64,000 nucleotides of DNA from Coraliomargarita sp. (GCA_965216325.1 OZ244160.1:2688001-2752000); one strand, 5' to 3'. Positions 1-9,693 are shown, counted from the stretch's first letter. Made by a program: numbers and translations. The notes: generated by a model not told the origin, from the letters alone.

Positions 1-1444
1 TTTTATTAGTGCTGGCCTAATGACCCTGACGCAGGCGATTAGTATCATCATGGGTGCTAATATCGGCAGCACCTTTGCGGCACAGATTATCGCGTTTAAC
101 GTCACACAGTATGCGCTGCTACCTGTAGCTCTGGGCTATGTGATGCGCTTTGTGTCTAAGAGCGATCATGCCCGTAACTATGGCGATACGATCATGGGCT
201 TGGGGCTTATTTTCTTTGGCATGGGCTTGATGGGGGCAGCGATGACACCTTTGCGAGATTACCAACCGTTCTTGGATCTGATGCTGCAGATGGATAAAGT
301 CCTTTATGGCGTGCTGGTGGGGGCTGTATTCACCGCGTTGATACAATCGTCGGCGGCAACTACGGGTATTGCGATTGCGATGGCGAGTGGCGGATTGATT
401 ACTTTGGAAGCGGGTGTGGCTTTGGCACTTGGTGCGAACATCGGTACCTGCGTGACTGCGGTGCTGGCTGCGATTGGGAAATCCCGACCGTCGGTGCGTG
501 CCGCGGTGGCGCATGTTTTAATCAATGTGGTGGGCGTGGCCGCGTGGGTGTGGTTCATTCCTCAGTTCTGTGAGTTGATCCGAGCGATTTCACCGACTGA
601 ATCCGGACTGACTGGAGTGGAGAAGTTGAGTGCTGAAGTGCCGCGTCAAATCGCCAATGCGCATACAGTGTTCAATGTCGCCAATACTGTTGTACTGATT
701 TGGTTTACCGGGCTGTTGTCCAAGCTATGCATGTGGATTGTTCCGGATAAGCCGGAGAAGGTGAAGCCGGTGATTGAGCCCAAGTTTTTGGACAAGGAAC
801 TCTTGGATACTCCGACGCTTGCGATGCAGCGTGTGCAGTTGGAGATCGGCCGCATTCAGGCGATTATCGATAAGATGTTTAAAGACTACGAGCTCACGAG
901 CATGGATGCCGACATCGATCAACTGCGTGAGATCGCACGAGCTGAGGAGAATGTTAATGTGTTAGCTGAGCATATATTTGGATATCTTTCCGCGATGCCT
1001 CGCGAGAAGCTAAGTGAGCGCGATGGACGTCAGCTATTGTTATTGATCACAGCTAACAATTACATGCGCAGCTTGGGCGAGGTATTGAAGACGGACATCA
1101 TTGATATCGTCCAGAAAGCACGTGATCAGGGGGTGGTGCCGAGTGAGCGAATGCGCATCCTGATGCGCGATTTATATGCAACGGTCTGGCGCGTGACGGT
1201 GCTTTGTTTGCAGGCGGTCTCTGAAGATGATCCGGTGCTGGCGAAACAAGTCTTGGAAGCCTCGGAAGAGGTGAAAATCAATGTGCGTGCTGCCTTGGAG
1301 CATCAAGCTGAGCAACTGTCTCCGGATCACCCTGAGCGCCTTGCGATCTTTCGAGTCGAGATGGAGTTTATCGACAACATGAAGCGTATCTACGACCAAG
1401 CGAAACGAGTTGCCAAAATGCAGCTGAGTCTGGCGAAGTCGTAG
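1..1444 (+). CDS. Na/Pi cotransporter family protein with C-terminal PhoU-like domains (5' truncated by window)
   Basis: GANIG repeats and QSS motif, hydrophobic helices, then a soluble helical C-terminus; frame open from the window start. Confidence 0.9.
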   Translation, partial: FISAGLMTLTQAISIIMGANIGSTFAAQIIAFNVTQYALLPVALGYVMRFVSKSDHARNYGDTIMGLGLIFFGMGLMGAAMTPLRDYQPFLDLMLQMDKVLYGVLVGAVFTALIQSSAATTGIAIAMASGGLITLEAGVALALGANIGTCVTAVLAAIGKSRPSVRAAVAHVLINVVGVAAWVWFIPQFCELIRAISPTESGLTGVEKLSAEVPRQIANAHTVFNVANTVVLIWFTGLLSKLCMWIVPDKPEKVKPVIEPKFLDKELLDTPTLAMQRVQLEIGRIQAIIDKMFKDYELTSMDADIDQLREIARAEENVNVLAEHIFGYLSAMPREKLSERDGRQLLLLITANNYMRSLGEVLKTDIIDIVQKARDQGVVPSERMRILMRDLYATVWRVTVLCLQAVSEDDPVLAKQVLEASEEVKINVRAALEHQAEQLSPDHPERLAIFRVEMEFIDNMKRIYDQAKRVAKMQLSLAKS

Positions 1445-1455
1445 GTGTTTCAGAT

Positions 1456-1530
1456 GTAGGGACGTGGCTTTGACACGCCCGTCTCAGTGATTCGGTTCGG
1501 ATGTCGGGCGTGCGGATCGCTCGCCCCTAC
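1456..1530. repeat. GTAG...CTAC REP doublet (REPIN-like)
   Basis: GTAGGGACGTG hairpin and an inverted partner ending GCCCCTAC, between convergent genes. Confidence 0.7.
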
Positions 1531-1541
1531 AGAAGACGGGA

Positions 1542-1949
1542 TCACCGCAACATGCGCTGCTTAATCAGCTCGGCGTGAGTGAGATCGCACTGTGCGCTTT
1601 TGAAGATTCGGTGGCGATTGTGGACGACTCGGTTGTAGCACCAATCACGAATGCACCTGGGCGCGCAAAGCGCCATATATGCCAGATACTTCATCCGGCT
1701 GCCACTGTCGATCAGGGCCCTTAGCACGGCTCCTGAACGCTCATAGAGTAGACTGTCGCTGCCGCGCAGATACACGACCGTTGATATCGTCAGGCGCAGC
1801 TCTTCGGGCAGGAGTTTGACTGCGGTTTCGCCTTGCAGCGGGGCGAACTGCAGCAGTCCATTGCGATCATGGCGGACCAGAAACTCCACTGACCAATTAC
1901 ACAGTCCGCAGTGTCCATCATAAAACAGGATATGCCGATGCTCGCTCAC
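1542..1949 (-). CDS. DCC/DUF393 thiol-disulfide oxidoreductase family protein
   Basis: N-terminal FYDGHCGLC (DxxCxxC), [13 protein letters not shown]...NR motifs. Confidence 0.9.
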   Translation of the reverse strand: MSEHRHILFYDGHCGLCNWSVEFLVRHDRNGLLQFAPLQGETAVKLLPEELRLTISTVVYLRGSDSLLYERSGAVLRALIDSGSRMKYLAYMALCAPRCIRDWCYNRVVHNRHRIFKSAQCDLTHAELIKQRMLR

Positions 1950-2016
1950 TTTGTTCCACCATACTGGAAAGCCTTTAATTGTCTAGTTGGGAGCAGATAA
2001 TATGGCTTGCGCGAAA

Positions 2017-2162
2017 AGAACCCCTCCCATCCGTCAAGCGGATGACCTCCCCTTAACAGGGGAGGAGCTTCCTTCCCTTAGCTCCCCTCCTGGATGAGGA
2101 GGGGTGGATCGCGACTCGTCCGCCGTAGCCTTGACGAAGGTGGAAGCGAGACGGGGTGGTGC
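2017..2162. repeat. CCCCTCC/GAGGGG palindromic repeat with a nested hairpin
   Basis: 2081-2162 is near-identical to 58487-58539 apart from an inserted hairpin at about 2119-2144. Confidence 0.7.
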
Positions 2163-2237
2163 TATGGGGACTAGATATTCTATGGACATGCATAAAGACT
2201 CGCCAAGTCCCTGTTACCTCTGCTTCTTTGTCTGTTG

Positions 2238-3173
2238 ATGGCTGACTCCTGGGAAATCCTCAAACTACTCGCGGACTCGACGCGTGTGCGCATTCTCTCT
2301 CTCCTCGCAAAGGAGGAGCTTTCGGTTGCCGAATTGCAGGAGGTGCTGGACATGGGGCAGTCGCGTATTTCATCGCATTTGAGCCTCTTACGCCAGGGGG
2401 AACTCGTGCATGACCGTCGTGAGGGAAAGAAGACTTTTTACGGCCTGAATGGCGGCGCGGATTCACACGGTGCAGCACTGCTTTCGGCGGCTTGTCAGGC
2501 CGTTGAAGATACGGATCAAATCGCTGAGGATACCGCTAATCTTAAACGGATTCTTGAGAAGCGTAAACGTAAGGCAGAGGAATATTTTAACTCGGTCGCA
2601 GGACGTCTCGGCAAAAACTATTGCCCCGGCCGCAGCTGGGAGGGGATTGGACACTTTCTCTTGCACCTGACGCCGAAGATTACAATCGCCGACCTCGGCG
2701 CGGGCGAGGGGCTCATGTCGCAGTTGCTCGCCCGCCGCGCCGAGAAGGTGATCTGCGTCGACAACTCAGAGAAGATGGTGGAGTTCGGTAGTGAGCTGGC
2801 CAAGAAGAACGGCTTTACCAACCTGAGTTACAAACTCGGCGATATTGAAGACGTGCCGCTCAAGGACGCCTCGGTTGACTTAGCGCTGCTCAGTCAGGCC
2901 CTGCACCACGCGCCGCATCCGGAAAAAGCCGTTGCAGAAGCCTTCCGCATTTTGAAGCCCGGTGGTCAGTTGATTATTCTCGACCTGTTAGAGCACCACT
3001 TTGAAAAGGCGCACGATCTCTATGCTGACGTCTGGCTCGGCTTCTCGGAGAACAAACTCTACCAACTCTTAAAGCAGGTGGGCTTCCGTAAGATCGAAGT
3101 CAACGTCGTCGCCAAAGAAGCGGTAGAGCCTTTCTTTGAGACGGTGCTGGCTAGCGGGCAGAAGGCCGACTAG
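2238..3173 (+). CDS. ArsR-family HTH fused to SAM-dependent methyltransferase (SahR-like regulator)
   Basis: ArsR signature LADSTRVRIL...ELSVAEL...QSRISSHL; methyltransferase motif I DLGAGEG; LKPGG. Confidence 0.9.
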   Translation: MADSWEILKLLADSTRVRILSLLAKEELSVAELQEVLDMGQSRISSHLSLLRQGELVHDRREGKKTFYGLNGGADSHGAALLSAACQAVEDTDQIAEDTANLKRILEKRKRKAEEYFNSVAGRLGKNYCPGRSWEGIGHFLLHLTPKITIADLGAGEGLMSQLLARRAEKVICVDNSEKMVEFGSELAKKNGFTNLSYKLGDIEDVPLKDASVDLALLSQALHHAPHPEKAVAEAFRILKPGGQLIILDLLEHHFEKAHDLYADVWLGFSENKLYQLLKQVGFRKIEVNVVAKEAVEPFFETVLASGQKAD

Positions 3174-3174
3174 C

Positions 3175-3274
3175 GAACGTCGAACTTCCAACATCGAACG
3201 CTGAATGTTGAATTTCAGTCGGTCTTAAGCTGTATTCACCATTGAACTTTCGAAGTTCAATGTTCGATGTTCAA
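3175..3274. repeat. Inverted pair of 7-nt tandem arrays (GAACRTY-like)
   Basis: cgaacgtcgaacttccaacatcgaacgctgaat ... ttcaatgttcgatgttcaa. Confidence 0.8.
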
Positions 3275-3282
3275 GCAGACTT

Positions 3283-4485
3283 TTAGTCTGCGTCGAGTGG
3301 CAGCTCGATCACCTGCCATGGTAGGCCGCGTTGGTTGAGCTCTTCCATGAATGGATCTGGATCGCGTTGTTCCATGTTCCACACACCTGGCTCTTTCCAG
3401 AGATCGCGAAGGATCATTTGCGCGCCGATCATTGCTGGAACACCAGTGGTGTAGCTGATCGCTTGGCTGGACACTTCCTTGTAGCACTCTTGGTGGTCGC
3501 AGCTGTTGTAGATGAAGATGCGCTTTTTCTTGCCGTCCTTGGTGCCGACAATGTCGCAACCGATGCAGGTCTTGCCCTTGGTGCGTGGGCCGAGGCTCGC
3601 TGGGTCGGGAAGCACGGCTTTGAGGAATTCAATTGGCTGGATCTGCTGGCCTTGGAAATCGATTGGCTCAATCGAAGTCATGCCGATGTTTTCCAGCACG
3701 CGTAGGTGGGTGAGATACTTCTCAGAGAAGGTCATCCAGAAACGGATGCGCTTGAGCCCCTTGATGTTTTGGCAGAGCGATTCCATTTCCTCGTGGTAGA
3801 GGAGGTAGGCATCTTGTTCACCGACTACCGGAAAGTCGTAGACTTGGTGCACGCTCATCGGCGCGACTTCCTTCCATTCGCCTGCTTCCCAGTAACGTCC
3901 GTTCTGGGTGATCTCGCGGATGTTGATTTCCGGGTTGAAATTGGTGGCAAAGTGGTGCCCGTGGTCACCGGCATTGGCATCGAGGATGTCGATTGTTTCG
4001 ATTTCGTCGAAGAGGTGCTTCTGTGCGTAGGCGCAGAACACGTTGGTCACACCGGGATCGAAGCCGGAGCCGAGTAGGGCGGTGAGACCTGCTTCTTTGA
4101 AGCGGTCTTGGTAGGCCCATTGCCACTTGTATTCGAATTTTGCTTCGTTGGGTGGCTCGTAGTTGGCCGTGTCGAGGTAGTGCACACCAGCAGCGAGGCA
4201 GGCATCCATGAGCGGCAAGTCCTGATAGGGCAGTGCGACGTTGATCACGAGCTCGGGTTGCTCCGCCTTGAGAAAGGCAGTCGTCGCTTCGACGTCGTCG
4301 GCATCGAGTGCCGCAGTGCGGATCGTGCGGCCAGTCTTTGCGGCAACGTCGGCTGCGATGGCATCGCACTTGGAAACCGTGCGGGAGGCCAACACGATAT
4401 CTTCAAAAATCTCCGGTAGTTGTGCGCACTTGTGTGCGACTACGTTCCCTACGCCACCTGCTCCAATAATGATCACTTTTGCCAT
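3283..4485 (-). CDS. Saccharopine dehydrogenase family protein, probable carboxy(nor)spermidine dehydrogenase
   Basis: IIGAGGVG Rossmann motif, NVALPYQD, YLDTANYE, GFDPGVTN, FATNFNPEINIREITQ. Confidence 0.9.
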   Translation of the reverse strand: MAKVIIIGAGGVGNVVAHKCAQLPEIFEDIVLASRTVSKCDAIAADVAAKTGRTIRTAALDADDVEATTAFLKAEQPELVINVALPYQDLPLMDACLAAGVHYLDTANYEPPNEAKFEYKWQWAYQDRFKEAGLTALLGSGFDPGVTNVFCAYAQKHLFDEIETIDILDANAGDHGHHFATNFNPEINIREITQNGRYWEAGEWKEVAPMSVHQVYDFPVVGEQDAYLLYHEEMESLCQNIKGLKRIRFWMTFSEKYLTHLRVLENIGMTSIEPIDFQGQQIQPIEFLKAVLPDPASLGPRTKGKTCIGCDIVGTKDGKKKRIFIYNSCDHQECYKEVSSQAISYTTGVPAMIGAQMILRDLWKEPGVWNMEQRDPDPFMEELNQRGLPWQVIELPLDAD

Positions 4486-4536
4486 GTGCTCACTTAATGT
4501 GCAGCGATTTTGAGTCAGCAAGTTAAAATTGTTTAG

Positions 4537-4600
4537 GTTGGGGTCCCGCCTTTAGGCGGTTTGAAAATGACTTGATTCCGGCTAAAGCCGGGACCCCAAC
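4537..4600. repeat. REP-like inverted repeat GTTGGGGTCCCG...CGGGACCCCAAC
   Basis: Perfect 12-nt terminal inverted repeat, each arm with an internal hairpin. Confidence 0.65.
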
Positions 4601-4637
4601 ATTGACAGCCCACATGAATTGCCAAACTTTCCAGCGC

Positions 4638-5204
4638 ATGAGTTTAAACGAAGAACTGACCCTCGCTCGTGAAACCAAGGCGACCATTATCCCGCAGGGG
4701 GATGAAGTTGTGCTGGAAGCGGGCACCCGTGCGATCATTTCTCAGGCCCTCGGTGGCACGGTTACCATTCGCACGGATTCCGGATTGTATCGCGTCGCAA
4801 GTAAGGACTGGGATGCGCTTGGCGCGGCAGCGGAGGCCGAGTTGAACGCGGCTGCTGAGGCGGCTGAAGCGGAGCAGAGCGATGCCCCTTTTAGTGAAGA
4901 GCAAGTTTGGGATGCCATGAAGGGCTGCTACGACCCTGAAATCCCAGTCAATATCGTCGACCTTGGTCTCATCTACGATCTCAGTATTGCGGAGCCAGAT
5001 GCCGACGGTAAGCACGCGATCTTTGTTAAGATGACCCTTACCGCTCAAGGCTGCGGTATGGGCCCGGTAATTGCCGATGATGCGAAGCAACGTATCGAAG
5101 CGCTCTCAGGAGTTTCGAGTGCCCAAGTCGATATCGTCTGGGATCCGCCGTGGACGCCACACATGATTTCTGAGGCCGGAAAGCAGAAGCTCGGCTTAGA
5201 ATAA
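4638..5204 (+). CDS. sufT: Fe-S cluster assembly protein SufT, long form (DUF59)
   Basis: IPQG...ISQALGGTVT N-domain plus YDPEIPVNIVDLGLIY, MTLTAQGCGMG, WDPPW. Confidence 0.88.
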   Translation: MSLNEELTLARETKATIIPQGDEVVLEAGTRAIISQALGGTVTIRTDSGLYRVASKDWDALGAAAEAELNAAAEAAEAEQSDAPFSEEQVWDAMKGCYDPEIPVNIVDLGLIYDLSIAEPDADGKHAIFVKMTLTAQGCGMGPVIADDAKQRIEALSGVSSAQVDIVWDPPWTPHMISEAGKQKLGLE

Positions 5205-5217
5205 TTTTTCCAATTAG

Positions 5218-5244
5218 AGGGCGCGACGAGTTCGCGCCTTTTTT
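5218..5244 (+). terminator. Probable intrinsic terminator after sufT
   Basis: GGCGCGA-loop-TCGCGCC followed by a T run. Confidence 0.65.
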
Positions 5245-5423
5245 GCGTCTGGAGTCGATGATTGCCGCCGAAAGGCGTAGACGGCGCAAAAGTTCTGTTT
5301 GTTTGTGGAGGGACGACGTTTTCGTCGTCTTCAGTTAGCGCTGACTGGACCGTGCAGAAGTATGGCCCTCCTGTTTAGTTGTTTTGTGCATATTGCGCTT
5401 CTTTGTGGTCACTGACTGCAATT

Positions 5424-5570
5424 GGGTCATTTTGGCGCTATTGGCGCCCCTTGTCGCGTGGTTGAGTCTTTTGCGTGTCAATGTGACCCATTTGGCGGTT
5501 TGGGTGGATTTTGTAAGTGTCTGATTATCAGTGTGAATTGCCGATTTTGGGAGTTGGCATCCTGTATGCA
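5424..5570 (+). promoter_or_regulatory. Sigma54 (-24/-12) promoter with upstream enhancer-like sites and an IHF-like site
   Basis: TTGGCATCCTGTATGCA at 5554-5570 (GG-N10-GC); TAAGTGTCTGATT at 5514-5526; related dyads GGGTCA-N3-TGGCGC (5424-5438) and GTGTCA-N3-TGACCC (5475-5489). Confidence 0.7.
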
Positions 5571-5604
5571 GCTATAGAGGTGAACTTCAACTAAAGGAAA
5601 CAGA

Positions 5605-6036
5605 ATGAAACTCATCCGTTATGAATATCCATCTACTCGCCACTCCAACGCGTTTGATCGTCTCTTTGATCTTGGAGCACCTGCTTTGGGACGCTTCGGA
5701 TCCTTGTTCGATGAATTTTTCGCTGAGGAAGATGGCTTTCACCAACCAGCCGCTGATCTCTATGAAGATGAGCACAATTACTTCGCCCGCCTTGAATTGC
5801 CGGGTGTGAAGAAGAAGCACATCGACCTAGAGCTCGAGAATGCGGTTCTCACGGTGAGCAGCGCTGAATCCAAAAAGGAGAAAGATGCAGAAATGAGCTA
5901 CAGCTTCCAGCGCTCGATCTCAGTGCCTGATGGCGTCGCCCTCGATAGAGTCAGTGCCAGCTACGAGGACGGTATCCTGACGGTTACCATGCCAAAGGAA
6001 GAAGCCACTAAGCCGCGTCAGATCTCCGTAAAATAA
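5605..6036 (+). CDS. Hsp20/alpha-crystallin small heat shock protein
   Basis: DLYEDE...ELPGV, ASYEDGILTVTMPK, C-terminal I-S-V motif. Confidence 0.95.
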   Translation: MKLIRYEYPSTRHSNAFDRLFDLGAPALGRFGSLFDEFFAEEDGFHQPAADLYEDEHNYFARLELPGVKKKHIDLELENAVLTVSSAESKKEKDAEMSYSFQRSISVPDGVALDRVSASYEDGILTVTMPKEEATKPRQISVK

Positions 6037-6075
6037 ACCGATTTAACAAAAACATCAGAAAGGAAATTACTCAAT

Positions 6076-6465
6076 ATGAGCACCACAGAAATTAACACTT
6101 GCAAGTCCAACACTCCAGCTTGCGGCACTGTGAAGCCCGCCAATTGGCGTCGCCCACGCTACGATGTCGCTGAAAATGACGACGGCTTCAATGTCCGTGT
6201 CAGCCTGCCGGGGGTGAGCCGCGATGGAGTCGATATCGCTTACGAGGATGATACGCTCCGCATTACGGGCACCCGCGCGAAGTGGGCCGGGGAGGGCTGG
6301 CGCCCGCTCCATCGTGAGTTGCCGGACAGCGACTACCGCTTGCACCTGCGTCTGAATGTGGGCGTCGATGCGGCAAAAATCGTTGCCCAGATTGAAGACG
6401 GCATCCTTGAGCTCAGCCTACCAAAGGCCGAGGCGGTCAAGCCACGCAAGATCAAGGTGTCTTAG
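6076..6465 (+). CDS. Hsp20/alpha-crystallin small heat shock protein
   Basis: PRYDVAE...LPGV, DGILELSLPKAE, KIKV. Confidence 0.93.
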   Translation: MSTTEINTCKSNTPACGTVKPANWRRPRYDVAENDDGFNVRVSLPGVSRDGVDIAYEDDTLRITGTRAKWAGEGWRPLHRELPDSDYRLHLRLNVGVDAAKIVAQIEDGILELSLPKAEAVKPRKIKVS

Positions 6466-6472
6466 TTTAATG

Positions 6473-6558
6473 GTAGCGCAGGCGCGTCTCGCGCCGCATG
6501 AATTGCCTGAACCTTGTGCTTAGGCTACGGGGTGCGCACCGAGACGGTGCTGCGCTAC
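6473..6558. repeat. GTAG...CTAC REP doublet
   Basis: GTAGCGCAG hairpin ... CTGCGCTAC. Confidence 0.7.
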
Positions 6559-6658
6559 CATCTTAAAAATTTGTGAGTTAGTTAGGTTAGTTAGCTAGTT
6601 AGGGTTGAAGGTCGGTGCTAGGGGTAGTGCCGGCCTTCTTTCGTTATACAGCCGAAGG

Positions 6659-6742
6659 CTCTTAATCTTACTCCTAATCGTAATCTTAATCTCCAAATTC
6701 AGTTGGAGAGATTATGATTAAGATTATGATTAGGAGTAAGAG
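6659..6742. repeat. Inverted pair of 6-nt tandem arrays (TAATCT/AGATTA)
   Basis: ctcttaatcttactcctaatcgtaatcttaatc ... gattatgattaagattatgattaggagtaagag; siblings at 19087, 58541, 60473. Confidence 0.85.
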
Positions 6743-6952
6743 GGGGTATCTGCTTAGTAAAACCGCATAAATCAGCGATTTACGCTTGCTTTGCCTTGGG
6801 CGGCTGGTATCCATCTCCGCTTTCCTATTTGCGTGGATGGGAAAAACGGATCCCTTTGTGGGCTCTGGAAAATCATAACTCACGCACAATCATTAACTAA
6901 AAGAAAACTTCATTTCTCCCCGGAGTACTGCTTCAGGGCTTTGAAAAATAGC

Positions 6953-7774
<822 letters not shown>

Positions 7775-7820
7775 TTTTCCAGTTGTTCAAATTTTACACT
7801 ACTCAATTAGAAATTAAAAA

Positions 7821-8414
7821 ATGAGCGTTCAAATTAATGCAAAACAGGTTGGTGAGCTTCGCGAAAGCACAGGCGCTGGCCTCATGGATTGTAAGAAGGC
7901 ATTGGTCGAAGCCGAAGGCGATTTCGATCAGGCTGTAGAGCTTCTCCGCAAGCGTGGTGTTGCTAAGGCTGCTAAGAAGGCTGGCCGCGACGCTTCCGAA
8001 GGTATCGTCGACACCTACATTCACCTTGGTGGCAAGGTTGGTGTGCTTTGCGAAATCAACTGTGAGTCTGACTTCGTTGCGAAGACTGACGACTTCAAGC
8101 AATTCGTTCGCGACATCGCAATGCACATCGCAGCTGCGAGCCCGGTTTGCGTATCCCGCGAAGAAATCGACCCAGCTCTTCTTGAGGCAGAGCGCAAGGT
8201 TGCTGAAGGCCAAGCTGAAGGTAAGCCAGCTGCAGCGATCGAAAAGATCGTTGAAGGTAAGCTTAACAAGTATCTCAGCGAGCACTGCCTCCTCGAGCAA
8301 GCATACGTCAAGAACCCTGACCAAACCGTTCAGGAACTGCTTACCGAGAAGATCTCCAAGATGGGCGAAAACATGAAGATTCGCCGCTTCGCACGCTTCC
8401 AAGTCGGCGCGTAA
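7821..8414 (+). CDS. tsf: Elongation factor Ts (short form)
   Basis: LRESTGAGLMDCKKAL, EINCESDFVA, RRFARF. Confidence 0.99.
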   Translation: MSVQINAKQVGELRESTGAGLMDCKKALVEAEGDFDQAVELLRKRGVAKAAKKAGRDASEGIVDTYIHLGGKVGVLCEINCESDFVAKTDDFKQFVRDIAMHIAAASPVCVSREEIDPALLEAERKVAEGQAEGKPAAAIEKIVEGKLNKYLSEHCLLEQAYVKNPDQTVQELLTEKISKMGENMKIRRFARFQVGA

Positions 8415-8443
8415 CCCGCCCGCTTGTTTACTGCTTTGTCAAA

Positions 8444-8474
8444 GCCCTTCGCCATTACGGCGAGGGGCGTTTTT
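8444..8474 (+). terminator. Intrinsic terminator of rpsB-tsf and insertion target of the intron
   Basis: GCCCTTCGCC-attac-GGCGAGGGGC followed by GTTTTT. Confidence 0.85.
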
Positions 8475-8476
8475 GT

Positions 8477-9631
8477 GTGCGCCCGGCAGGGCGCACTTAC
8501 TCGACAGTGATTATTAATGGAAATTGATGAAAGTCTGTTACTCGCCCGGCAAGGGGAAGAGTTAGCCGAAGGGCAACTGCGGCATCGCGAGGTGTTCGTG
8601 GGAAGGAAGCCTATGGCAAAGCACTGGCCTGACGAACAGGAATCGCATAAGAGGCGTTTGCGTTGGATGAGGAGGCACAGAACTTCAAAGTCCGAAACTT
8701 GCCCGGAAAGCGCAGGCGTATATGCGGCAGGCATAAGTGTGACGGTAAGTGCGCATTACCCGGGGAGGTCTCTGAACATGCTACTGGCTACCAGTGTCGC
8801 GAGGCACTGGGATGTGTTTAGAGAAGTCAGCCGAGATCATAGTAGCCTGCACAGGTCGCGGGCGAAGGATCGAACCGAAGAACGACAACAAGGACTGAGA
8901 CCATGAGCGAGAGCAGGGAAGCAGAAGCTGGCGGCACCACCCGTCAGACCCGCGTGGAAGGAACCGGACGGCATCTGGGGCGAGTCCATGCGGGCGCATC
9001 AAGCGCGCCATCGGCCTTGGAGACCAAACTGAAGCTGAAGGTCAACCACCTCAAAAGCGCGGTGGATCGTCCGAGCCGCCGGATCTTCCTCGGCTACAGC
9101 TTCACTGGGGGCAAGCATAGCCGCATTCGCGTGCCCAAACAGACGACTCAAAAGATGAAGTCCAAGCTGCGGAAACTCTGCCGCAAAGGGCGCGGGCGCA
9201 ACCTGCGCCGCTTCATCGCTGAGACGCTCAATCCAGTGCTACGCGGCTGGACGAACTAGTTCCGCCTGAGTCAGACGAAAACCTTCGCCGGGGAACTGGA
9301 CGAATGGTTGCGACATCGCTTGCGGTGCATCCTCTGGCGACAGTGGAAACGTCCCCACACCCGCTACAGGAAGCTGGTGCAGCTTGGGCTCAGCCCCGAA
9401 TGTGCACGCAAAAGCAGCTACAACGGACGCGGGGCGTGGTTTAACAGCGGAGCCTCTCACATGAACCAAGCCCTCCCACGCAAAGCCTTCACGTAAATGA
9501 AGCTCCTATCTGTCTATGATTTGCTCGAATTGATGAGAGCCGAAATCCTTCTTCGGAACCGCCGTGATACGTGAACCGTACGTCCGGTGGTGTGAGAGCT
9601 TGGAGCGGGCAACCGCTCCCGGCTACTCGAT
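8477..9631 (+). mobile_element. Class IIC group II intron, internally deleted (non-autonomous)
   Basis: 5' GTGCG just after a terminator; IIC-type domain 5 with CGC triad (GAACCGCCG...CGTACGTCCGGTGGTGT, about 9556-9593); domain 6 hairpin GGAGCGG-gcaa-CCGCTCC; 3' end ACTCGAT. Confidence 0.92.
8903..9574 (+). pseudogene. Intron-encoded RT/maturase remnant with RT core deleted and two nonsense codons
   Basis: N-terminal leader joined in frame to LKLKVNHLKSAVDRP...FLGYSF and maturase LNPVLRGWTN*F...LRCILWRQWK; no YADD; stops at 9257-9259 and 9494-9496. Confidence 0.9.
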
Positions 9632-9693
9632 GTCGGTAGCACAGGCATCAGGCATCTTGCCTGTGTCATTGAGCCTTCATCAGGCAGGCGCCT

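Noticed and set aside
3175..3274. Short tandem arrays considered as CRISPR
   Set aside because: Units are 6-10 nt with no unique spacers, and there are no cas genes
5300..5600. CIRCE/HrcA operator upstream of the Hsp20 genes
   Set aside because: No TTAGCACTC-N9-GAGTGCTAA match; a sigma54 motif fits better
6825..6950. rpsB autoregulatory leader (TGCGTG/CACGCA pairing)
   Set aside because: Plausible by position, but I could not match the known consensus by eye
8517..8906. 129-aa ORF upstream of the maturase remnant
   Set aside because: Lies in intron ribozyme domains 1-3 and has no protein-like features
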